Source: an uncultured Isosphaeraceae bacterium (lineage in GTDB: Bacteria > Planctomycetota > Planctomycetia > Isosphaerales > Isosphaeraceae). Taken from it: a stretch of 64,000 nt of DNA. The stretch lies in NCBI GenBank assembly GCA_945957605.1, contig CAMFLR010000002.1, forward strand, positions 232,197 to 296,196, read 5' to 3'. A program made the translations under genes and the position numbers. This document shows, piece by piece, positions 31,448 through 36,607 of this stretch; position 1 is the stretch's first letter; each line of letters begins with the position of its first letter. A model generated the notes under the pieces. That model was not told the origin of the DNA, did not search any database, and saw only the letters and a list, made by a program, of their open reading frames with translations.

Positions 31448-32554
31448 TCAGAGCAAGTTAACAACGCGCTCGGCCAATCCCTTTTCGCCAAGCACGACGT
31501 TCAAATGTCCTGCTGCCGCGATCTTCTCGAGAGCTTCCAGCTCGCGCAGCTTCATAAGCGCAGGGTTGTCGGTAAGCAGCTTCGCCGTATTTGCCTGGCT
31601 GCGCATCGCAGCCGTTTCTTCGCGACGGAAAATCAAGTTTGCCTCGGCCGTCTTGCGGGCCTCGGTCACCTTGTTGAACAGATCCTTCATGTCGCCAGGA
31701 AGAATCACGTCGCGAATGCCGGTTGAAAGCACGAGCAAACCGAGATCGGCTGCACGAGCGCGAAGCGTTTCCTCGGTTTCTCGAGCAACCGCATCCTTGT
31801 CTGCGAGCAACGCGTCAAGATCGCGCACGCCCACAACCGCACGGAACGCAAGCTGAGCTTCGCGATAGAGCGCCTGCTTGGCATCTTCCGTAACGCACGC
31901 AGCACGCTTGGCATCGCCGACACGATACGTCACCTGCGCATTGAGCCGAAGCGTGACCTTGTCCGACGTCATGATCTCCTGACCGCTGATATCGAGCGTC
32001 AATTCGCGCAGGTCGATTTCGACAACGCGTGTATCAGCCACACCACGCCAAAAAGCATAGCGCCCCGGTGCAAGCGTATTCGTGTAATCACCATCGACAA
32101 AAAGAGCCCCGACGCAACCGCGGTTCACCGAGACCAGTTCAAGCGTCGAGTAGACCTGAGGCGCTCGCGCGATCACTTTGAACTGTGGGTGATCGAACCG
32201 AGGCTGCGTCGCGTTGAGGATCTCGATTCGCACGTCGCGCGGATTCGTCCAATACGCGTAGAGGCCAGGCGACAAAATGCCGCTGAAGCGACCATCAATC
32301 CAGACAAGCGCGCGCTGATCGTCCTTGAGGTCGACCATCACGGCAAGCCCCTTGAGTACGCCCGACTTGACGATGAGGTCAAGCTTCTCGTGCACAAGCT
32401 GAGGCGCACGCTGCGAGACCACTTCTACGACGTGGCGTCGGAGTGGGTCGAAAATCCAGTGCGTCCCCTCGTTGAGCAGGCCCTGGAATTCTCCTTCGCG
32501 AAAATGTAGACCTACTTCATAGCTGCGAATCTTGATACGGCGAAGCCGCAACAT
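31448..32554 (-). CDS. SPFH/Band-7 (stomatin/prohibitin-like) domain protein
   Basis: ...DVILPGDMKDLFNKVTEARKTAEANLIFRREETAAMRSQANTAKLL.. is a typical SPFH C-terminal region. Confidence 0.7.
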   Translation of the reverse strand: MLRLRRIKIRSYEVGLHFREGEFQGLLNEGTHWIFDPLRRHVVEVVSQRAPQLVHEKLDLIVKSGVLKGLAVMVDLKDDQRALVWIDGRFSGILSPGLYAYWTNPRDVRIEILNATQPRFDHPQFKVIARAPQVYSTLELVSVNRGCVGALFVDGDYTNTLAPGRYAFWRGVADTRVVEIDLRELTLDISGQEIMTSDKVTLRLNAQVTYRVGDAKRAACVTEDAKQALYREAQLAFRAVVGVRDLDALLADKDAVARETEETLRARAADLGLLVLSTGIRDVILPGDMKDLFNKVTEARKTAEANLIFRREETAAMRSQANTAKLLTDNPALMKLRELEALEKIAAAGHLNVVLGEKGLAERVVNLL

Positions 32555-32933
32555 GGGAGCCTCCTCGCCCCCGGACAGAGTCCATTGGGCAATTATGAAA
32601 AAGACATCGGCAATTGGGTGGTTAAGGAAAAGCCGTCGGGAGACGAATCGCCGAACCGATCACACGAACGGAACGCGGAGAAGGTTTGAGCTACTTCACT
32701 GATTGACGATTGGCCCAGCGCCGGAATACCGAAGCCGAAGCTTTGGGGGATTACCGGACTTTCGGCTGTCATCCAATCAGATGGAGCAGCGGAATCCACT
32801 TTCTACAGGGCGATCATTCGTGGTGCCGAGGATGATATTAAACCATCTTCCACGGTGGATCGAATCGTTCGCTCGTCTCCCTCGGGCCAGAGTAGAGACG
32901 TTTCACGGTCTCGTGAGTCGGTGTTAAGCCGAC

Positions 32934-33007
32934 GGTTGTGGACGGGAGTCGAACCCGCTACCTACAGATTCTAAGTCTGTCGCTCTATCCAGGTGAGCTA
33001 CCACGCC
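32934..33007 (-). tRNA. tRNA-like gene with anticodon UAG but a class-I (short variable loop) shape; acceptor stem has two mismatches, so possibly a pseudo-tRNA
   Basis: Sense strand: GGCGTGG TA GCTC ACCTGGATA GAGC G ACAGA CTTAGAA TCTGT AGGTA GCGGG TTCGACT CCCGT CCACAAC. Confidence 0.5.
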
Positions 33008-33147
33008 TACGACATCGCCCCGGTTTTCATTCCATTCACGGAACGCCCTGCGCCAATCGCCAAAAGCGAGGCCGGTACGCCGCTGGCCCGACGATGCCAT
33101 ATGCTCTCTTGCAAAGTTGAGTATGAGAATTCTGATCCTCATACAAG

Positions 33148-33218
33148 AGACGCTGGTGGGAGTCGAACCCACTTCCACCGGGTTGCAGCCGGTTGCCTGG
33201 CCGTCTGGCTCCAGCGTC
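33148..33218 (-). tRNA. tRNA-Cys (GCA)
   Basis: Sense strand: GACGCTG...ACCGG CTGCAAC CCGGT...TGGG TTCGACT CCCA CAGCGTC; perfect acceptor stem. Confidence 0.8.
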
Positions 33219-33234
33219 ATGTTTACGATTTCAA

Positions 33235-33306
33235 TGTCCTCGCCGGGAGTTGAACCCGGTCCTCGACCTTCGCAGAGTCGTGTGCCATCCATCACACCCC
33301 GAGGAC
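33235..33306 (-). tRNA. tRNA-Arg (GCG), an unusual anticodon for bacteria
   Basis: Sense strand: GTCCTCG GG GTGT GATGGATG GCAC A CGACT CTGCGAA GGTCG AGGA CCGGG TTCAACT CCCGG CGAGGAC. Confidence 0.6.
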
Positions 33307-33328
33307 GTGTTTACCCAAACAACGAAAA

Positions 33329-33399
33329 TCCCCCGCCCGGGAGTCGAACCCGGCCTTGCGGCTTCGAACACCGCCGTGCACCCAACACACTCACAGGGA
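33329..33399 (-). tRNA. tRNA-Arg (UCG)-like; G at position 32 and a wobble-rich acceptor stem
   Basis: Anticodon arm GCGGT GTTCGAA GCCGC; T-arm CCGGG TTCGACT CCCGG; acceptor TCCCTGT/GCGGGGG with three G-U pairs. Confidence 0.5.
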
Positions 33400-33400
33400 G

Positions 33401-33472
33401 TACGCCCGCCAGGAGTCGAACCTGGTCCACAACTTGAGAAAAGTCGTGTGCCGTTCGTAACACTCCAAGGGC
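33401..33472 (-). tRNA. tRNA-Arg (UCU)-like; C at position 37 is non-canonical
   Basis: Anticodon arm CGACT TTTCTCA AGTTG; T-arm CCAGG TTCGACT CCTGG; acceptor GCCCTTG/CGGGCGT with one mismatch. Confidence 0.5.
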
Positions 33473-33481
33473 AAAAAACAG

Positions 33482-33551
33482 CAGGAGCGCAAGGATTTGA
33501 ACCCTGTCCGTCCGGGTTGGAGCCGGAGTCCTCTCCCAGGAGGACGCTCCT
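33482..33551 (-). tRNA. tRNA-Trp (CCA) with an irregular D-arm
   Basis: Anticodon arm TCCGG CTCCAAC CCGGA (anticodon CCA); perfect acceptor AGGAGCG/CGCTCCT. The D region forms a 6-bp hairpin GTCCTC-CTGGGA-GAGGAC instead of a canonical 4-bp stem. Confidence 0.6.
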
Positions 33552-33559
33552 GTCATGAA

Positions 33560-34150
33560 TCACGCAAGTGCGAGACTCGGTGCATCATTTACGAATCGCG
33601 ACCAGCTTGCGATCGCACCGTCATGAATTGCGTGGAATGGCTTCCAGTCGGGCCGAGTCGGCCGGCGACGCAAATGCATTCCCGCCTGCTCGGGCGTGCG
33701 GTCTGCCTTGATCGCATTGCACTCCGGGCAAGCCGCCACGCAGTTCAACCAGCTTGATGTACCACCGCGCGATCGCGGAATGATGTGGTCGATGGTGATT
33801 CGATCCCACCCCGGCTGTACGCCGCAATACTGACACGTGTGATGATCGCGCTTGGCGACGTTGCGGCGGCTGAAAGCAACCGCCTTCGAGGGCACACGGT
33901 CATAATGTGTCAAGCATACAACTTCGGGGACTCGCAGACGCCTGTGAGCCGTGCGAATACAAGGAGCATCGAGCGGAGGAGTGAGTTCCGACCATTCGTG
34001 CCAGCCGTAGAGCCGATACTCATCCGGCTCAACGACCTGGGCCGCCTCGTTCCAGAGCATCGTCAGAGCACGAACCACGCTCGTCACGTGGATCGGTTGC
34101 CAATGTCGGTTGAGAACTAGCGTTTGTCGAGCAAGCACATCGGTCGTCAT
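33560..34150 (-). CDS. HNH endonuclease embedded in the tRNA array
   Basis: Track ORF 33560..34387; its first 79 codons merely overlap tRNA-His and tRNA-Ser. The real start is M80 (MTTDVLARQTLVLNRHWQPIHV) at 34150, preceded by GGAGG. The HNH motif is ...HHTCQYCGVQPGWDRITIDHIIPRSRGGTSSWLNCVAACPECNAIK. Confidence 0.75.
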   Translation of the reverse strand: MTTDVLARQTLVLNRHWQPIHVTSVVRALTMLWNEAAQVVEPDEYRLYGWHEWSELTPPLDAPCIRTAHRRLRVPEVVCLTHYDRVPSKAVAFSRRNVAKRDHHTCQYCGVQPGWDRITIDHIIPRSRGGTSSWLNCVAACPECNAIKADRTPEQAGMHLRRRPTRPDWKPFHAIHDGAIASWSRFVNDAPSLALA

Positions 34151-34176
34151 CGAAACCTCCGAGAAACGAAAACCAG

Positions 34177-34249
34177 GGTGCCCGGCGGGAGTTGAACCCA
34201 GCGCCTTGAGATCCACAATCTCATGTGCTTCCGTTACACCACGGGCACC
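34177..34249 (-). tRNA. tRNA-His (GUG) with genomically encoded G-1:C73
   Basis: Sense strand: G-GTGCCCG TG GTGT AACGGAA GCAC A TGAGA TTGTGGA TCTCA AGGCG CTGGG TTCAACT CCCGC CGGGCAC C. Confidence 0.85.
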
Positions 34250-34334
34250 ATCAATACTGAAACGTGTCGAAACCGTAACTCCTTCTACTCTCCACTCTCT
34301 CCGTTCTCCTCTCTCTTCGCCGCAGGCGAAGAAG

Positions 34335-34420
34335 CGGAAGGCAAGGGATTCGAACCCCCATGCCCTTTCGAGCGCACTCTTTAGCAAAGAGGCCCGGCAA
34401 ACCGTATCCGGCTACCTTCC
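34335..34420 (-). tRNA. tRNA-Ser (GCU), class II with a long variable arm
   Basis: Sense strand: GGAAGGT AG CCGG ... CCTCT TTGCTAA AGAGT GCGCTCGAAAGGGCAT GGGGG TTCGAAT CCCTT GCCTTCC G. Confidence 0.8.
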
Positions 34421-34431
34421 GTAAAAACCAG

Positions 34432-34502
34432 TGGACAGCCGGGGAATTGAACCCCGATCTCCTGGGTGCAAACCAGGTGTCTTCCCATTGGACCAGCCGC
34501 CC
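34432..34502 (-). tRNA. tRNA-Ala (UGC) with the G3:U70 identity pair
   Basis: Sense strand: GGGCGGC TG GTCC AATGGGA AGAC A CCTGG TTTGCAC CCAGG AGAT CGGGG TTCAATT CCCCG GCTGTCC A. Confidence 0.85.
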
Positions 34503-34531
34503 ATCCTCATACGATCACACAAACAACCGAA

Positions 34532-34604
34532 TCATCCCGGCAGGACTCGAACCTGCGGTATCCTGCTTGTAGGGCAGGCGTCTTGGCCGCTAGACGACGG
34601 GACG
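34532..34604 (-). tRNA. tRNA-Val (UAC)
   Basis: Sense strand: CGTCCCG TC GTCT AGCGGCCA AGAC G CCTGC CCTACAA GCAGG ATACC GCAGG TTCGAGT CCTGC CGGGATG A. Confidence 0.75.
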
Positions 34605-34697
34605 ATCATTCGCGAGTTGCGGGTTCAGGAGTTGCACCTGAGGACCAGGTTTATGAGACCCAGTTGAGCGCTGGCCCACCCGCAAATTGTATAACAG

Positions 34698-34772
34698 CGC
34701 CCCCGATGGGATTTGAACCCACGGCCTCTACCTTGACAGGGTAGCGAGCACTCCAGACTGCTCCACGAGGGC
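34698..34772 (-). tRNA. tRNA-Asp (GUC)
   Basis: Anticodon arm CTACC CTGTCAA GGTAG; T-arm GTGGG TTCAAAT CCCAT; acceptor GCCCTCG/CGGGGGC; discriminator G. Confidence 0.85.
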
Positions 34773-34801
34773 GAATGATCGATTGACATAGAGTGAGAGA
34801 G

Positions 34802-34875
34802 TAGCCCGAGAGGGATTCGAACCCCCAATGCCCTGCTTCTAAGGCAGGTGGCTTTGCCAGTTAGCCTACCGGGCC
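34802..34875 (-). tRNA. Well-formed class-I tRNA with anticodon UAG (Leu by anticodon, but a short variable loop); atypical
   Basis: Sense strand: GGCCCGG TA GGCT AACTGGCAA AGCC A CCTGC CTTAGAA GCAGG GCATT GGGGG TTCGAAT CCCTC TCGGGCT A. Confidence 0.6.
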
Positions 34876-34887
34876 ATGTTTCGAGAG

Positions 34888-34962
34888 TTCCGGGTGCTGG
34901 AATCGAACCAGCGGCCTCCGCGTTCAGAGCGCGGTGTCACTACCAACAGCAACTGCCCCGGA
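34888..34962 (-). tRNA. tRNA-Gln (CUG)
   Basis: Anticodon arm CCGCG CTCTGAA CGCGG; T-arm GCTGG TTCGATT CCAGC; U1-A72. Confidence 0.8.
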
Positions 34963-35008
34963 TCAAATTTGATAATTCGTGCTTACGCTACTTGAACACT
35001 TCTCAATG

Positions 35009-35084
35009 TTCGGGGAGCAGGAATCGAACCTGCGAACTCCTGATTCAAATTCAGGGATTTCTTACCAACAGAAACTACCCCCGA
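35009..35084 (-). tRNA. tRNA-Gln (UUG)
   Basis: Anticodon arm CCTGA ATTTGAA TCAGG; T-arm GCAGG TTCGATT CCTGC; acceptor TCGGGGG/TCCCCGA. Confidence 0.8.
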
Positions 35085-35085
35085 G

Positions 35086-35158
35086 AGTGCCCTGCGGGAG
35101 TTGAACCCGCCTGTCCGGTTTGGAAGACCGGTGCCTCAAGCCGCTCGGCCAAGGGCAC
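35086..35158 (-). tRNA. tRNA-Gly (UCC)
   Basis: Anticodon arm CCGGT CTTCCAA ACCGG; T-arm GCGGG TTCAACT CCCGC; acceptor GTGCCCT/AGGGCAC; discriminator U. Confidence 0.8.
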
Positions 35159-35177
35159 TTTTTCAATTCAAACAAAG

Positions 35178-35252
35178 CACCGGGGGCAGGAATCGAACCT
35201 ACGAACTCCTCATTAACAGTGAGGCGCATAAACCAGCTTATGCGACCCCGGT
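35178..35252 (-). tRNA. tRNA-Asn (GUU)
   Basis: Anticodon arm CCTCA CTGTTAA TGAGG; T-arm GTAGG TTCGATT CCTGC; acceptor ACCGGGG/CCCCGGT. Confidence 0.85.
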
Positions 35253-35276
35253 ATGGATCGATCTGGCTGAAAGCCA

Positions 35277-35347
35277 AGTGCCCAGCGGGAGTCGAACCCG
35301 CACATCCGCCATGGCAAGACGGTAGGCTACCGCTACATCATGGGCAC
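35277..35347 (-). tRNA. tRNA-Gly (GCC)
   Basis: Anticodon arm CCGTC TTGCCAT GGCGG; T-arm GCGGG TTCGACT CCCGC; acceptor GTGCCCA/TGGGCAC. The D-arm pairing is ambiguous. Confidence 0.7.
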
Positions 35348-35382
35348 GAACGTATTGCAACCTGATTGTCAAAGAAGCCGAG

Positions 35383-35454
35383 AGCACCGGGTGGGACTCG
35401 AACCCACGTTGCCGCATTACGAATGCGGAGTCTTCGCCGCTAGACGACCAGTGC
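35383..35454 (-). tRNA. tRNA-Thr (CGU)
   Basis: Anticodon arm CCGCA TTCGTAA TGCGG; T-arm GTGGG TTCGAGT CCCAC; acceptor GCACTGG/CCGGTGC. Confidence 0.75.
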
Positions 35455-35462
35455 AAGCCGAA

Positions 35463-35534
35463 TGAGACCGGAGGGATTTGAACCCTCACCCCCTGGTTAA
35501 GAGCCAGGCATGCTGCCAGTAACACTTCAGTCCC
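35463..35534 (-). tRNA. tRNA-Lys (CUU)
   Basis: Anticodon arm CCTGG CTCTTAA CCAGG; T-arm GAGGG TTCAAAT CCCTC; D-stem GTGT/GCAT, shared with the other Lys tRNA. Confidence 0.8.
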
Positions 35535-35551
35535 GAACCTATGTGCGTGAG

Positions 35552-35622
35552 TCGGCTCAGGAGGAGTTGAACCTCCGTCTCGCGGTTATCAGCCGCGTGT
35601 TCTGCCGTTGAACTACAAGCCG
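35552..35622 (-). tRNA. tRNA-Ile (GAU)
   Basis: Anticodon arm CGCGG CTGATAA CCGCG; D-arm GTTC AACGGCA GAAC; T-arm GGAGG TTCAACT CCTCC. Confidence 0.85.
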
Positions 35623-35650
35623 GCAGTGCGTCTTTTCGTTGGCCTATAGA

Positions 35651-35722
35651 TGGGGCCGGAGGGATTCGGACCCTCACCAACCGGCTTAAAAGGCCGATAT
35701 GCCGCCGTTACACCACAGCCCC
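35651..35722 (-). tRNA. tRNA-Lys (UUU)
   Basis: Anticodon arm TCGGC CTTTTAA GCCGG; T-loop TCCGAAT; acceptor GGGGCTG/CGGCCCC. Confidence 0.85.
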
Positions 35723-35845
35723 GCATAAGTCTGCATGAGGGCCGCGCGTTTATACCTAATCATGTTCCGCTCCGAATCTGAACTCTTTCTACTCTCCACT
35801 CTCTTCATTCAACTCTCTATTTTTTGACGCAAAAGCGGCAAAAAA

Positions 35846-35919
35846 TCGGGATGGCCGGATTCGAACCGGCGCTCTCCTGCTCCCAAGGCAGGCGGATTAC
35901 CAGACTTTCCTACATCCCG
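35846..35919 (-). tRNA. tRNA-Pro (UGG)
   Basis: Anticodon arm CCTGC CTTGGGA GCAGG; T-arm GCCGG TTCGAAT CCGGC; perfect acceptor CGGGATG/CATCCCG. Confidence 0.85.
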
Positions 35920-35932
35920 TGCAATGAGCGAG

Positions 35933-36006
35933 CAGCCCGTGAGGGAATCGAACCCTGCCTCTCCGCCTTGAAAGAGCGGTGTCCTGAACCGATAGACGAA
36001 CGGGCC
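35933..36006 (-). tRNA. tRNA-Glu (UUC)
   Basis: Anticodon arm CCGCT CTTTCAA GGCGG; T-arm CAGGG TTCGATT CCCTC; acceptor GGCCCGT/ACGGGCT. Confidence 0.8.
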
Positions 36007-36028
36007 ATAGAACCTTCAACGAGCCGAG

Positions 36029-36100
36029 TGGACTGGGTGGCGCTCGAATCCACGTCTGCGGTGCTTCAAACCGCCGCTATACCGTCTCAGCTACCAGTCC
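36029..36100 (-). tRNA. tRNA-Phe (GAA)
   Basis: Anticodon arm GCGGT TTGAAGC ACCGC; D-arm GCTG AGACGGTA TAGC; perfect acceptor GGACTGG/CCAGTCC. Confidence 0.75.
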
Positions 36101-36108
36101 ATTCAAAC

Positions 36109-36142
36109 GAAAAAGGCCCGGCAGTCGCTGTGACGCCGGGCC
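36109..36142 (-). terminator. Rho-independent-type terminator (minus strand) just upstream of the tRNA array
   Basis: On the + strand: aaaaa GGCCCGGC agtcgctgtgac GCCGGGCC, an 8-bp GC stem. On the minus strand it is followed by a U-run. Confidence 0.45.
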
Positions 36143-36175
36143 CGGTCGAACCATTCAAGGTTGATGAGCTGGCAA

Positions 36176-36436
36176 TCACAATCGCAGATTAAACGCGCAC
36201 TCGGGACCCGTCGGTTGACCGTTCAGTCGACCCGCATCATTATGATCTCGGAGGTAACTGGAACGATTCGTTAACACGGCGGCCTCGGTGGTCTTGTAAG
36301 TGATGACTTCGCGTCTGTGCTCAGTGTAGACGCACATCCCTCGCAAGATGTTCGCGCTTTCTCGGCGATTTTTCGCGAATTGTTCGCTCATCGGCTTTTC
36401 GGACTCCTTATGAGGTGAGGAGCCCGAATTCGCCAA
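36176..36436 (-). CDS. Hypothetical small protein (86 aa)
   Basis: ORF only; a co-directional terminator lies downstream; no recognisable domain. Confidence 0.25.
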   Translation of the reverse strand: MANSGSSPHKESEKPMSEQFAKNRRESANILRGMCVYTEHRREVITYKTTEAAVLTNRSSYLRDHNDAGRLNGQPTGPECAFNLRL

Positions 36437-36607
36437 CTGACCGAATGTGAGCCAGTTCGTCGCAAAGTTTTGATGATCGCTTCAGCCGGTGCCCTAGTTC
36501 TTGGACTCCTTGTCCTTGGATTCTTCGGGCAACGCTTTCTCAATGCGTTCGAGTTTGCGGAGAACTCCTTCAAGCATAATCTCGGTACGTCTCAACCTCT
36601 CCTCCAG

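Noticed and set aside
33560-34387. Full 275-aa extent of the HNH ORF as given in the track
   Set aside because: Its first 79 codons are just the reverse-complement reading of tRNA-His and tRNA-Ser. The true start is the internal Met at 34150, which has a GGAGG RBS.
34605-34697. Possible 25th tRNA in the 93-nt Val/Asp spacer (gggttcaggagttgcacc)
   Set aside because: The T-loop-like string has no flanking stems that form a cloverleaf. It is at most a decayed remnant.
36100-36175. Extra tRNA-like T-loop motif ccggtcgaacc just beyond tRNA-Phe
   Set aside because: It is part of the terminator hairpin region. No matching acceptor or anticodon stems could be built.
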